In this document: positions 18,846 to 28,579 of the stretch, one piece after another | Position numbering within the stretch: the first letter of the stretch is position 1 | Layout of the letters: every line of letters begins with the position of its first letter | Source of the DNA: Candidatus Poseidoniaceae archaeon | Lineage (GTDB): Archaea; Thermoplasmatota; Poseidoniia; Poseidoniales; Poseidoniaceae | DNA length: 64,000 bases | Reading direction: 5' to 3' | NCBI GenBank assembly: GCA_943789275.1 | Contig: CALSTM010000003.1 | Span: 160,489-224,488 of the forward strand | Translations under genes and position numbers: made by a program | Notes under the pieces: model-generated | Seen by the model: only the letters and a program-made list of their open reading frames with translations | The model's database searches: none | Told to the model about the DNA's origin: nothing

Positions 18846-20474
18846 TTACTGCATTGCATCGGCAAGATACTGCGTTAGCATTGGAATGACTTCCGACACA
18901 CCTTCGGGTTTCATACCCGCCTCAAGCCGTAAAGAAACGCTAATTTTGGCTTGTGTCCCGCTGTTACGAACGCCAAGCGACAGTAATTCTCCGTCGATAC
19001 GCGCTTCGATAAGCATGAGGTTCGCCTCCCCTTCGAGCCTTTTTCTCTTCCATTGCGTGACTTGACCGCACGATTCAAAGTGAGTTTTCACACGATGTTC
19101 GACATCATTTGAAAGTTGATTCATGCCATCCCATAGCGAGCGGTCAACGTTTTTTACCGACTCTCGCTGTTTCCAACCACGCTTCATGAGCAATTCTTGA
19201 TCGGCTACACTGCGCGCCAAGAGGTACGACAACAGGGTGCCAGCGCCATCACCAACCAGGCTCCAAGCACCGTCGGAATGTGGATGAGGGGACGGCAAAA
19301 CGGCGTGACCTGAATCTTCGACTCCAATGATTGCAGGCATGTGATTTGACCCAAGAAGGTGTTCACGCAGCGCATGGGAAAGCCATCTGTCACCAACTGC
19401 GGTCTCCACCGTTTTCGTTGTGGGCGATAGGCGTTTCATCGAGGAAAGAAGCGCTAAATCAGATTCAATACTTGCCGCCACAATCCACGTTGAGGTTTGA
19501 CGATGACCGGCCACTGCAACGGTATCGGCCATAGCATCTCCGTCGATTATTTTGTACCCATCTTCAGTCGCCTCAACGATTAAACAACGGTCTCCATCTC
19601 CATCGAGCGCAGCACCCACAATTGTTCCTGGTGCAGCAGGTTTGAGCTGTTGCAGCAAAAGATGGTCCGACTGGGCTGCTTGTTCAAAGGTCCATGTTGC
19701 AGTTGGTGAGAACTCTCCGGCTCCACAGTGGCGGTTTAACTCTGTAGCGGCGCGGCTGATTTCTTTCGATTCGATTCCGTTTTTCGTGAGCCATTCAGCT
19801 AACCACGTACTTCCGGCCCCCTTTGAGCAATCGAGCAGCAACGGTTGACGAATAAAGGGGTAAGTGCCCTCTTCAACTCCAAACATCTTCTTGAGCAAGG
19901 TAAATCGAGTTGAAAGCCATTCAGGATGGTGTTTAACGGCCCATTTTTCCGTAGTTTTCTTATTTGGTTGAGAGAGTTCTAACATGTCTATTTGATCGAT
20001 TTCTCGTTCTTCTTCACTGAGGGCATAAGCGATTGATGATATCTCATCTTCGAGTGCTGGAGAGGTTTTGAAACCGTCTGAATCAAAGACCTTGATTCCA
20101 GAATCCGTAGCGGGGTTATGGCTCGCAGTCATCATGCAACCCATACGGGCTTGGTGCCATAAAACAGCATAATGCAATGCTGGAGTTGCACATACGCCGA
20201 TGTGCGTCACCGTACATCCTGCCAATCGCAATCCCAGCGTGATGCCCTCGACCAGTTCTTTGTTCCCGGGACGTTGGTCCCATCCAATGACCACATGTTC
20301 TCCTTCCCCTGGGAGTGTGTCAATGAGATGGCCCAATGCTTCGCCAACAAGTCGCATGAGCGTTGGACATACGCTTCTCTTTTCGTGCAGTGCGGCCAAT
20401 GCTGCTTTTTCGTTTGGAGCGGCAGGGGTAATTTTCCCGCGAATACCGTCGGTGCCGAACAAACGCTGAACCAT
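18846..20474 (-). CDS. phosphohexomutase (phosphoglucosamine/phosphomannomutase family)
   Basis: ATG at 20474 gives MVQRLFGTDGIRGKI. Active-site TASHNPATDSGIK phosphoserine loop, GDGDRC Mg-binding loop and a sugar-binding EDSGH-like loop. The ORF-track 585-aa version has an N-terminal over-extension. Confidence 0.75.
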   Translation of the reverse strand: MVQRLFGTDGIRGKITPAAPNEKAALAALHEKRSVCPTLMRLVGEALGHLIDTLPGEGEHVVIGWDQRPGNKELVEGITLGLRLAGCTVTHIGVCATPALHYAVLWHQARMGCMMTASHNPATDSGIKVFDSDGFKTSPALEDEISSIAYALSEEEREIDQIDMLELSQPNKKTTEKWAVKHHPEWLSTRFTLLKKMFGVEEGTYPFIRQPLLLDCSKGAGSTWLAEWLTKNGIESKEISRAATELNRHCGAGEFSPTATWTFEQAAQSDHLLLQQLKPAAPGTIVGAALDGDGDRCLIVEATEDGYKIIDGDAMADTVAVAGHRQTSTWIVAASIESDLALLSSMKRLSPTTKTVETAVGDRWLSHALREHLLGSNHMPAIIGVEDSGHAVLPSPHPHSDGAWSLVGDGAGTLLSYLLARSVADQELLMKRGWKQRESVKNVDRSLWDGMNQLSNDVEHRVKTHFESCGQVTQWKRKRLEGEANLMLIEARIDGELLSLGVRNSGTQAKISVSLRLEAGMKPEGVSEVIPMLTQYLADAMQ

Positions 20475-20478
20475 CGTC

Positions 20479-21186
20479 TCACCTGTGTTGAGAGTCGGCT
20501 GGAAAGACTCCAGTAACCGTGGTATTCGGATGAACTTGTGAATCGCAACCGAGTACAACTCCCGGATTCGTGACGCTGTTGCATCCAAGTTGACATCGTT
20601 CACCGAGCACCGCTCCGAATTTTCTCAATCCGCTTCCAATGCGTTGTCCGTCAATACGAAGATGTACTTCTCCACCATCGTTTCGTAGGTTACTGATTTT
20701 TGTCCCTGCTCCAAGGTTCACTCCTGAGCCAAGTATTGAATCTCCAACATAATTGAAATGCGGAGCTTTAGCACCGGGAAGCAGAACAGAATGTTTGGTC
20801 TCTGAAGCATGGCCAACCACTGCATTGGCGCAAACCCAAGAAAATTGTCGAACGTACGCCGCGTGCCGTATTTCTGCATTTGGTCCAATGTAACACGGGC
20901 CAATAAAGTGTGAACCCGGCTCAATTCGTGCGTTTTGTTCCACGATGACTGGACCAGCGGATTCATCGGTCGTTGCTCCTGAGAGTGTTGGGTCTTGAGG
21001 AGAAGAGTCGTATGTACTGACAAGTTCAGTTAATTGCGCCTTCAACCCGTTTGGATGGTCGGGCTGCAAGAAGGAGAAGACGGGTTCTGATGTTGGAAGA
21101 ATTGGGAAGGCGCCTTCAGGGGGAGAATCATGAAACATCGACGGAAAGAGTTCCAGTGCTGAGGTGAGAGCATCCGGCCATTTCAT
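20479..21186 (-). CDS. left-handed beta-helix (hexapeptide repeat) transferase, GlmU C-terminal-like
   Basis: ATG at 21186 (the 21204 start is GTG). Hexapeptide repeats IGPCYIGPNAEIRHAAYV...GDSILGSGVNLGAGTKISN. Lies 4 nt upstream of the phosphohexomutase start on the same strand, consistent with an amino-sugar nucleotide operon. Confidence 0.6.
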   Translation of the reverse strand: MKWPDALTSALELFPSMFHDSPPEGAFPILPTSEPVFSFLQPDHPNGLKAQLTELVSTYDSSPQDPTLSGATTDESAGPVIVEQNARIEPGSHFIGPCYIGPNAEIRHAAYVRQFSWVCANAVVGHASETKHSVLLPGAKAPHFNYVGDSILGSGVNLGAGTKISNLRNDGGEVHLRIDGQRIGSGLRKFGAVLGERCQLGCNSVTNPGVVLGCDSQVHPNTTVTGVFPADSQHR

Positions 21187-21228
21187 GGTTGATGCAGACA
21201 CCACTCTTGCATGAACTTAGCGTTGATA

Positions 21229-21549
21229 TTAAGCAGCAAGATGGTAAAGTCGCTTGCCAGTGGAATTATCGAGCGTAAATCCAATCATTTCAGAAAGATA
21301 CCTTGGGATGAAGAAACCAACCTTACGCGTCGTAAGGCCATGGTTTCTCATCTTCCGCTCGTTTGAAAGATGATCAACGATGTCTGCAGCTGAACACTGC
21401 GGTTGCGACGAGACATATTCAATAATCTCATTTTTCAATCGGTTTAATCGAGCTTGTTTTTGTACGCCGTTTCCTTTCATGATTCTCATGTATTCTTTGT
21501 CTTCCACGATATAACAATACGGCGTGGGTGTGCCGTGGGACCCCATTCC
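21229..21549 (-). CDS. small putative winged-helix DNA-binding protein (short form chosen to avoid a 125-bp overlap)
   Basis: From the internal ATG: MGSHGTPTPYCYIVEDKEYMRIMKGNGVQKQARLNRLKNEIIEYVSSQPQCSAADIVDHLS...GLTTRKVGFFIPRYL, which is wHTH-like. The longer 152-aa form (ATG 21687) adds a hydrophobic N-terminus but overlaps the upstream gene. Confidence 0.3.
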   Translation of the reverse strand, partial: GMGSHGTPTPYCYIVEDKEYMRIMKGNGVQKQARLNRLKNEIIEYVSSQPQCSAADIVDHLSNERKMRNHGLTTRKVGFFIPRYLSEMIGFTLDNSTGKRLYHLAA

Positions 21550-21562
21550 CAGCAGCTGTTGT

Positions 21563-22372
21563 TCAACAGATATCGAGAATATCTTTCCACTTTTTGGAAG
21601 AGCCTCGGCGGAACATATTGTCATGAAAATCACGTTGGCTGATATGAGCGCAACGAGCGAAACGCCCCCGATTATCGTAGCACCCATAGTTCGTGTGAAT
21701 GGCTACCATGACGGTTTTCAAATCAATTTGGGCACCCGTTGTTTCAGGTGAAGAGGCACTCACAATTTCCTTGTGGCCGTCCCACTGAATGTCATCTGGG
21801 GTTGGAGGGTCGAGCGGTTCAGTTTCGAAATACAGTTCACCTTCTGCCGGCCGAACAGGTTTCCATGTCCCTTTTCGGCCTTGGTCAAGCCAAGCCACCA
21901 TGTGCTTCATTTGTTCAACTGTAGCCATACCGATGTGGGTTTTTTCCCACCATCCTTCGGTTCGTGCAAGCGTGATGTGGTGAACACCCGGTACGACTTC
22001 CCTGTTGTCGAGGGCATCAGCATAAGTGCGGCAGAGGCCGGTCATTCGAACGGTGAAGATTGGCATTGGACCGACACCGATGTCTTGTAAGCGATATGGA
22101 TTGGCAAGTTCACCAAGCAGTAAAAACGGTCGCCGTTGAGACATTGGTGCCCCTTCCTGGTTTGAGAGGAGATCATCGACCGTTCCTTTTTCGGATGTGA
22201 ACGCAGAACAATATTCCTGTAGAGTTTGTCCAGAAAGCATGCCTTGAGGCGCCTCATCCGGGAACATCAGAGGAAGCAATTCACTGGAATTGAAGAAGAG
22301 CGCCTCCTTTGGTAAAGCAACAGGGGAATTGGACGGCGTGTAGGTCCAGAGCCGCGGCGAAGTGTTCTCCAT
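21563..22372 (-). CDS. conserved hypothetical protein
   Basis: ATG start, 269 aa, with non-repetitive globular composition (LLLGELANPYRLQDIGVGPMPIFTVRMTGLCRTYADALD). Family not recognised. Confidence 0.5.
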   Translation of the reverse strand: MENTSPRLWTYTPSNSPVALPKEALFFNSSELLPLMFPDEAPQGMLSGQTLQEYCSAFTSEKGTVDDLLSNQEGAPMSQRRPFLLLGELANPYRLQDIGVGPMPIFTVRMTGLCRTYADALDNREVVPGVHHITLARTEGWWEKTHIGMATVEQMKHMVAWLDQGRKGTWKPVRPAEGELYFETEPLDPPTPDDIQWDGHKEIVSASSPETTGAQIDLKTVMVAIHTNYGCYDNRGRFARCAHISQRDFHDNMFRRGSSKKWKDILDIC

Positions 22373-22397
22373 GTCCAGGCCTCCATGCTCTTCTTCA

Positions 22398-22832
22398 TCA
22401 ATTCAGCGATGAAGCACCGAAGACGGTTTCTTGGAGACATTGCGGGCAGATGACTTTGATTGGGCGAACATCGGGTATTCCGAGTGCAGCGCCACATCCG
22501 GGGCAAGCGATGGCTTGAGCAATAGAAGCGCGTCTTTGTGCTGCTTCTTGCGACGGGTCGTATTCAAACCGAAGTTTCGATTTATCCAAGACAGCAACCG
22601 GTGGAGGAAGTGGCGCTGCTTCTTTGACTCCGGGTACAAACGGTGCCGTAGGGTTATACGGTTGATTTTGGGCGGGCTGAGGCGCATTTCCGACACCGTT
22701 CGGTTGTATGGCTGCTAACAATTCCGCTTCACTGATTCCGTATTGCCCCATGATTCGGTCCATTTCCAACATTTGTTCGTAGCCTGAGAGGGCGCGTAAT
22801 GCGGAAAGAACTTGTTCTGGGACGCCTGCCAT
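22398..22832 (-). CDS. zinc-ribbon protein
   Basis: ATG at 22832 (the 22868 start is GTG). C-terminal CPGCGAALG...VICPQC Cys4 ribbon. A Pro/Gln-rich linker. N-terminal small helical domain. Confidence 0.45.
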   Translation of the reverse strand: MAGVPEQVLSALRALSGYEQMLEMDRIMGQYGISEAELLAAIQPNGVGNAPQPAQNQPYNPTAPFVPGVKEAAPLPPPVAVLDKSKLRFEYDPSQEAAQRRASIAQAIACPGCGAALGIPDVRPIKVICPQCLQETVFGASSLN

Positions 22833-22895
22833 GTTCACCACATGAACACCTGCGTTTTGATTGTTCACTTATATTGAGTCGACGGGTTTCGCCGG

Positions 22896-23474
22896 ATGCC
22901 GGAAAGTAAAGACTTGGATGTGGAAACCAACATGTGGTCGAAAGCCTTGAAAGAGAAGCGCGTGCGCCGGCGCAATAAGGGAGTCGTTAAGATGCCACAA
23001 TCCAAGCCGCGAAAGTTTACCCGTGCCACCCTATCTCGAATGACTCCGAGTGAGCGTTCAGCTACAGCCCGTTCGATTACGTGCGGCGAAACAATGACCC
23101 AACCGCATTGGATTTGGGACGACAGTTCGATGGTTGAAGTCATTGACAGCCTCACTGAAAACAATTGGGACCATATCTTTGTCATCAATTCAGAAGGTGC
23201 GCCTCAAGGGCGAATTCATGCGGTCGATGTTTTGAAAATCATTGCTCGGAAAACAGTCAACAGAGACATTGCTTGGATGCATGGGATTCCCGCACAGCAG
23301 TTGGTCAACCAACCGCCTATTACCGTCAATGAAGCAACACCGCTCCTCAAGGCGGGGGCGCTCATGCTTGCCCATGACTTGAATCAAATTGGTGTGGTCG
23401 ATGCGAAGGGCGCACTCATTGGTGTTGTAGGCCACATTACAATGGCCCGTAAAATGCCGAAATTCATTCTGTGA
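22896..23474 (+). CDS. CBS-domain pair protein with basic N-terminal extension
   Basis: Two CBS-like units (VIDSLTENNWDHIFVINSEGAPQGRIHAVDVLK and NEATPLLKAGALMLAHDLNQIGVVDAKGALIGVVG). The start is uncertain; alternatives are ATG 22896, 22992 and 23094. Confidence 0.5.
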   Translation: MPESKDLDVETNMWSKALKEKRVRRRNKGVVKMPQSKPRKFTRATLSRMTPSERSATARSITCGETMTQPHWIWDDSSMVEVIDSLTENNWDHIFVINSEGAPQGRIHAVDVLKIIARKTVNRDIAWMHGIPAQQLVNQPPITVNEATPLLKAGALMLAHDLNQIGVVDAKGALIGVVGHITMARKMPKFIL

Positions 23475-23475
23475 A

Positions 23476-24600
23476 TCAAATTCCCCAATAGCGCTCAGTT
23501 TGCGCTTGACGGGTTCTTAAGGACCGAACAATGGTCATTGCCATCCACAGCACGACAATCCAAATCATTGGGTATTGTAAATCGTCAATGATGACCGGGA
23601 CGCTGAATTCGTAGGATTCTCCAAGCAAAACCCGGATGGCGATGTCCAGCGCCGTATCGACAAACGAGTAGACGACCATACCAAAGATACCGAGTACCAA
23701 AAGCCGACCAGAAAAAGAACCGCGCTTCAACCGCAACAACATAAACCCAGCCGTGGAAGTCAAGAAAGCGATAACAATCCATGCAAGCGCAGAATGCACA
23801 ACCTCGAGCCAAACGACGGACGAACTTGCTGAGAGGACTTGAGCGCTGTATTCTCGATATCCTTCTGCTACAGCGAAAATAGCACTGAACAATGTTGCCG
23901 TCCACAGGAGTGAAGAGAACATGGCAGCATCGGCGTTATCACGCATCTCTTGAATCACTTTGTTGACGGTGGTTTCAATTCCAGCACCCTTACTCAACAA
24001 GTACAAGCCCGTTACAAGCGGCAATCCCCCAATGACGATGCCTCCGATTTCGTTAGGTAGCATAATTCCAAGTCCAAATAAAGCCATGACAAGCCCAACT
24101 GGAATCATAATTTTTGCACGCCACTTTGGATCTTCTAATGCTTTTACAATGTAGTAATACGTTCCTTCAATACCCTTTGATTGTTTGACAATGATTTTCT
24201 CGACATGGTCGATACGAACTTGAGACTGAATGATTGGAAGCACCGATTCGTCCTCGGCTCCGTCCGTCACCAGAATGGCTTTGTCGGGTTGGAATGCTGC
24301 AACGACTTCTTCCAGTTGGGCAGCAACTGCTCGGTCGGAGCGAATTCCGACTTTTTCGTCACCCGTGAGGATAGCAATTTCGACTTCTTCCTCTTCTGCA
24401 TTGTTCTCTGCAAGGTTGTCGTGCTGCGACAAGGCTCCAAGAATTGCGTTTGTATCGCTTTCCTCTGGGTCTGCGATTCCAAGTTTTAGAGCCGCAGCCA
24501 TCACTTGGCGGCGGCCAACAACCGGTCCGCGAATTCCGGTTTTAACGCCGAGGTCATTATCTCGGTCGACGGTTAAAACAAGTGTTCGAGTCATTGGCAT
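23476..24600 (-). CDS. DUF373-like archaeal membrane protein
   Basis: N-terminal soluble domain (LVLTVDRDNDLG, ILVTDGAEDE) followed by roughly seven TM helices. Architecture and length match the archaeal DUF373 family of recall. Confidence 0.45.
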   Translation of the reverse strand: MPMTRTLVLTVDRDNDLGVKTGIRGPVVGRRQVMAAALKLGIADPEESDTNAILGALSQHDNLAENNAEEEEVEIAILTGDEKVGIRSDRAVAAQLEEVVAAFQPDKAILVTDGAEDESVLPIIQSQVRIDHVEKIIVKQSKGIEGTYYYIVKALEDPKWRAKIMIPVGLVMALFGLGIMLPNEIGGIVIGGLPLVTGLYLLSKGAGIETTVNKVIQEMRDNADAAMFSSLLWTATLFSAIFAVAEGYREYSAQVLSASSSVVWLEVVHSALAWIVIAFLTSTAGFMLLRLKRGSFSGRLLVLGIFGMVVYSFVDTALDIAIRVLLGESYEFSVPVIIDDLQYPMIWIVVLWMAMTIVRSLRTRQAQTERYWGI

Positions 24601-24661
24601 TCACCGGTGTATGGTGGATGCTAACCACTCACCTGTTTCAAAGTCTTCGCGCGAATGCCCG

Positions 24662-25918
24662 TTAATCCGATGAATCTTCGGCATTTTCTTTCGGCTCATT
24701 TTGACTCGATACAAGTGCGATGGCTTGAGCCTCTGCTTGCTTGTTTTTGGCTTTCCACCGTTGGGTTGCTCGAATATATTTCAGCGGATGGTCAAGCCAA
24801 GGCTGGTCGCATAATCGGTCGTCTCCTGGGAGTACTGGGCAATTGTGGTTCACCTTCAATTTCCCACAACCTGAAGGCGTGTATGCGTGTTGATAGACGT
24901 GGTCAACTTGGTACGATGTGGTACTTTCACTAAAATCAGGAGCACCTCTAAAAAATGCTACACACGATTCTTTGGGAAGCGCGAGCGTCGCAGCCATCGA
25001 TGCTAAGAAGAGTCGCCCGAAGTGGTTCAAGTTGACTCCGTTTGCCAACTCGGCAACAGCCTTTCTCATGCATGGAGGCCAATCGTTTTCATCAGCGCCT
25101 ACCAAAGCAATGGCCTCAGTTGCCTTGTTGGCCATCAAATTGCGAACCATGCCAACCGGTTCTGCCAATCGCACTGCCAAATCCATGGTGATTTCGCCCA
25201 TTTTTTCCAGCGCTTCCTGCTCTACGCCGTTCTTAATTCGCTCACGCAACAACCGAGATAGTTTCGCCGACGAGCCGTATTGCGGTTCTTCGAAGAGAGT
25301 CACCCAACCATCACGAACGTCGCAGTTCGGAAGCCGCCAGCGTGAACCGGTAATTTTGGGACAGATTTCGATAAAATCACTCAATCCAATCTTCCACAGC
25401 GGCCCGGATGAAGAACGGCGCTGTTGTTGAAGGGCTCCGCCATAATTTTGAGTTGGATCAGCGCTTGCCGCTAAGTTTTGGCCTTCAGCACGCTGAATAT
25501 TGGCAATATAGGTCCGTGCGATAACATCGAGGTTTTTGTGATCTCTGATGAGAACTTGTTCCGCCCGTGCAGCCTCAGCCTGCGCCCATCGGGCGATCAA
25601 ACGCTCGTCTTCAGAAGCACAAACGACCAAGCGGGCGTAGTAGAATGAAAAGGCCTCGATAATCCGTCCTTCTTCGGTAAATAAATCCCCACCTACGACT
25701 TCAACACCTTCCTTTGATTGAATGGAATCGATGAGGCGAATACGAGCGCGGGACCGAGCTTTTTCCATCCAAGCACCGTCCAACAATTCATCCAAATCGA
25801 TGCCGTGTTGAACGGCCATACCTCGAATCCAATCGCCTGCTTGAGGCAGAAATGGGTATCGAGCAAACGTCACCTCGTCCACAAGCGCAGGGAGCGTTCT
25901 TGGGACGGGCATGACCAT
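24662..25918 (-). CDS. priL: DNA primase large (regulatory) subunit PriL
   Basis: Helical N-terminal domain. C-terminal Fe-S domain with a DWPPCMRKAV (PPCM-type) motif and further Cys residues (GCGKLKVNHNCP, LCDQPW). ATG start at 25918. Confidence 0.6.
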   Translation of the reverse strand: MVMPVPRTLPALVDEVTFARYPFLPQAGDWIRGMAVQHGIDLDELLDGAWMEKARSRARIRLIDSIQSKEGVEVVGGDLFTEEGRIIEAFSFYYARLVVCASEDERLIARWAQAEAARAEQVLIRDHKNLDVIARTYIANIQRAEGQNLAASADPTQNYGGALQQQRRSSSGPLWKIGLSDFIEICPKITGSRWRLPNCDVRDGWVTLFEEPQYGSSAKLSRLLRERIKNGVEQEALEKMGEITMDLAVRLAEPVGMVRNLMANKATEAIALVGADENDWPPCMRKAVAELANGVNLNHFGRLFLASMAATLALPKESCVAFFRGAPDFSESTTSYQVDHVYQHAYTPSGCGKLKVNHNCPVLPGDDRLCDQPWLDHPLKYIRATQRWKAKNKQAEAQAIALVSSQNEPKENAEDSSD

Positions 25919-25961
25919 CCCAAGCGCTTCAACTGCATAAGAACTTCAACAAACTGAACGG

Positions 25962-26711
25962 ATGTTTCATGTGGGCGAAGCCATTGCACAGAACATGCAC
26001 ATGGCGCCCATACCGAGTGTATTTTCAGTTCAGTCTGAAGTACGGGAAGCATTTGGTTGGTCGGAGCATGACGATACCGACAGTGCCGAATTGTTGTTAC
26101 GAACCTTGGAGGGACATGCTCTTTGGTCTCCTGAAAAAAGGGAAGCAACGCTGGAACACCTTCAGCAAAGACTTGTCAATGCTGAGCGGGTCGTGCTTTT
26201 GGGCGCAGCCGTTGAGCCTTCGGAATTGCATAGATTCAATGACACTCGGGCTGTTTTTGTCGCTGCAGATGGAGCAGTAGGGGCGCTTCAATCCTACGAG
26301 CACCTCGCTTGTGTTGTATCTGATTTTGATGGTGCAGAACATCTCGATAAGGCGGCAGAAGCAGGTCAAACCATCATCGCGCATGCCCACGGTGACAACT
26401 CTTCTCAATGGAAACGAATACTTACGAAATGGCAGGAACATTCACAACCTCCTTCACTTGTTCTTTCCCACCAAGTCACCAAAGAACTCTCTGGGATGTA
26501 CAATTTCGGAGGATTCACTGATGGAGACCGTGCGTTGTGCTTTGTGTTGTCGATGGGAGTTGCGCCTGAAAAGGTCGAATTGGTAGGCTTCTCAACAATG
26601 AAAATAGGCGCCTGGTCGGCGACAACGACCCCTTCACTCAAGATGCAGAAACTTGAATGGATGAAACGTATTGTGTCCGAATTAGGATTTGGAGATTCAA
26701 TACGCAGTTGA
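25962..26711 (+). CDS. MptE-like 6-hydroxymethylpterin diphosphokinase family protein (DUF115)
   Basis: VVSDFDGAEHLD...TIIAHAHGDN matches the DxD and HAHGDN signature of the MptE-like family by recall. Confidence 0.5.
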   Translation: MFHVGEAIAQNMHMAPIPSVFSVQSEVREAFGWSEHDDTDSAELLLRTLEGHALWSPEKREATLEHLQQRLVNAERVVLLGAAVEPSELHRFNDTRAVFVAADGAVGALQSYEHLACVVSDFDGAEHLDKAAEAGQTIIAHAHGDNSSQWKRILTKWQEHSQPPSLVLSHQVTKELSGMYNFGGFTDGDRALCFVLSMGVAPEKVELVGFSTMKIGAWSATTTPSLKMQKLEWMKRIVSELGFGDSIRS

Positions 26712-26749
26712 AAACATACTGCTAAAACCTATCAGTGGGAAGTGCAGAC

Positions 26750-27373
26750 ATGGACAGGGGGCGTCTAAACATGATTTTGTGGCCCGTTGCCCTGCTTCTT
26801 GTGAATTCTCTTTGGAGCGGTATTTCAGACAATGCCGCACCGTATGAAATCAACGACTATGACCACGCCATCGAAGAGAGAACCGTTTCTCTTGGCGGAG
26901 TGTTCGGGCAGGAGAGGTCTATGCCATCTACGTTCGAGTTCGAATTCGAAGCACTCACTTCAGACGGAGGCTCCATTGGATGGGAAATCATCGATAAGCA
27001 AGGACAAATTGTTGCGCAGTGGTCTGGGGAACTCGGTGATGAGACGCCGAATTGGAACGGCGAGCTCATGCCGGGAACCTACGTAGTAAAGACGAATACC
27101 GACCCAGGCATCATCACCGAACAGACGCTTTACATTCAACCGTTTGCATCCTATTCTATCGAAGGACACGTACTCCTCTCTTCGATGCTGATCTTGTTTG
27201 CTTTCGGAGAAACCATCGTTCGAAAGAAAGGTGGAGAGTACTTTGCCAAGAAAAAAGAGAATGCCCCCAAATCGCCCGTTCAAGCCCCTTTCTCCAAAAC
27301 AAGAGCTGGAATGCCTGAAGATGATTTGGCCTTGCTCGAAGATTCACCATGGCGCGCCCCCAAAGGCCTCTAA
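26750..27373 (+). CDS. secreted/anchored hypothetical protein
   Basis: ATG at 26750 (the 26735 start is GTG). Signal-like ILWPVALLLVNSLWSG. C-terminal helix HVLLSSMLILFAFG followed by a basic tail. Confidence 0.45.
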   Translation: MDRGRLNMILWPVALLLVNSLWSGISDNAAPYEINDYDHAIEERTVSLGGVFGQERSMPSTFEFEFEALTSDGGSIGWEIIDKQGQIVAQWSGELGDETPNWNGELMPGTYVVKTNTDPGIITEQTLYIQPFASYSIEGHVLLSSMLILFAFGETIVRKKGGEYFAKKKENAPKSPVQAPFSKTRAGMPEDDLALLEDSPWRAPKGL

Positions 27374-27484
27374 AAGAGGCAATGCGTCAAGAATTACACG
27401 CCCGATTTACGCCCTTCTCCCCGATACAAATGCCGAATTCTCTGAAAACAGAAGTATAAATGCGCTCTTCATAAATTGGAACAC

Positions 27485-28216
27485 ATGGGCCAGTCCTTCC
27501 TCATCATCGGTGCAAGCAGCGATATCGCTCTCGAACTTGGTCAGTCTCTCTTGGATAAAGGCCATACACTAACCCTCCTCGCACGGGATGTAGACCGAGT
27601 ACAACCTCTCGTGGATCAAGGTGCTCATCTGATTCATGGTGATGCATTGGACGCTGAATCAGTCCAGTCAGCAGTCGATAAGGCCAAAGAAGCCGGAGAA
27701 GGCGCAATTGCAGGGGTTGCACATCTTGTTGGGTCGCTGGTTATACGTCCCCCTCACGCACTCGCCCTTGATGCATTCAATGAGGTCGTTCACACTAACC
27801 TTTCAAGCGCCTTTCTAACACTCTCAGTCGCTTGTAAGACCATGCTTCGCAGCGGCGGTGGCCGGCTTGTTTTTACTTCCAGTGTGGCGGCAACTCTCGG
27901 GTTAATGAATCACGAGGCGATAGCCGCTGCGAAGGGTGGAGTCGAAGCGATGGTACGTTCTGCAGCCGCAACATACAGCCAACGCAGCATACGTTTGAAC
28001 GTGGTCGCACCAGGTCTTACGGAGACAAGGTTGGCAGCAACTTTGCTTCGTTCAGACGCAATGAAGGAAGCGGCGGTAAGCAAAATCCCCCTCAAGAGAA
28101 TCAATCAAAAACAAGAGATAGCAGCAACCATGCAATGGTTGCTGTGCGATGCGCCGGACAACATCACCGGCCAAGTGTTCCATCTTGACGGTGGAATGAG
28201 TCAAATCAGTGGGTGA
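27485..28216 (+). CDS. short-chain dehydrogenase/reductase-like protein, atypical (catalytic Tyr position occupied by Ile)
   Basis: ATG at 27485. Rossmann motif IIGASSDIALELG. SDR core FTSSVAATLG...EAIAAAKGGVEAMVRS, where the YxxxK Tyr position reads I. Confidence 0.65.
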   Translation: MGQSFLIIGASSDIALELGQSLLDKGHTLTLLARDVDRVQPLVDQGAHLIHGDALDAESVQSAVDKAKEAGEGAIAGVAHLVGSLVIRPPHALALDAFNEVVHTNLSSAFLTLSVACKTMLRSGGGRLVFTSSVAATLGLMNHEAIAAAKGGVEAMVRSAAATYSQRSIRLNVVAPGLTETRLAATLLRSDAMKEAAVSKIPLKRINQKQEIAATMQWLLCDAPDNITGQVFHLDGGMSQISG

Positions 28217-28220
28217 TACA

Positions 28221-28577
28221 ATGGAATGGAAAAATGCAGTGAAAACAAAGCGCTTGAAACCCGGCAAAACCAAGATGGTGACCTTTGGCGTCAAAACGGT
28301 CATGGTCGGACAAATTGGTGATGATTACTTCGCTACCGAAGGATTGTGCCGCCACATGCGCTGGCCACTGGCTTGGGGTGCTAAAATTGAAGACGGATGC
28401 ATTCGATGCCCATTGCACCAGACGACCTATCAAATCGATGACGGAGAGGTAACCGAATGGTCCCCGTTCCCGCTTTTCCCTCCGTACGGTAAGCTGCTTG
28501 GTAAATTATCCAAACAAAAAGATTTGAAAATCTACGAGACTCGAGTCGAAGGCGACTTTGTTCAAATCGAGATTTGA
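28221..28577 (+). CDS. Rieske [2Fe-2S] domain protein
   Basis: CRHMRWPL and CPLHQTTY make the two CxH / CxxH Rieske boxes. ATG at 28221 (the 28209 start is GTG). Confidence 0.65.
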   Translation: MEWKNAVKTKRLKPGKTKMVTFGVKTVMVGQIGDDYFATEGLCRHMRWPLAWGAKIEDGCIRCPLHQTTYQIDDGEVTEWSPFPLFPPYGKLLGKLSKQKDLKIYETRVEGDFVQIEI

Positions 28578-28579
28578 AC

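Noticed and set aside
24230-24673. 147-aa plus-strand ORF
   Set aside because: It is antisense to the DUF373-like membrane protein gene, with S/A/R-rich composition.
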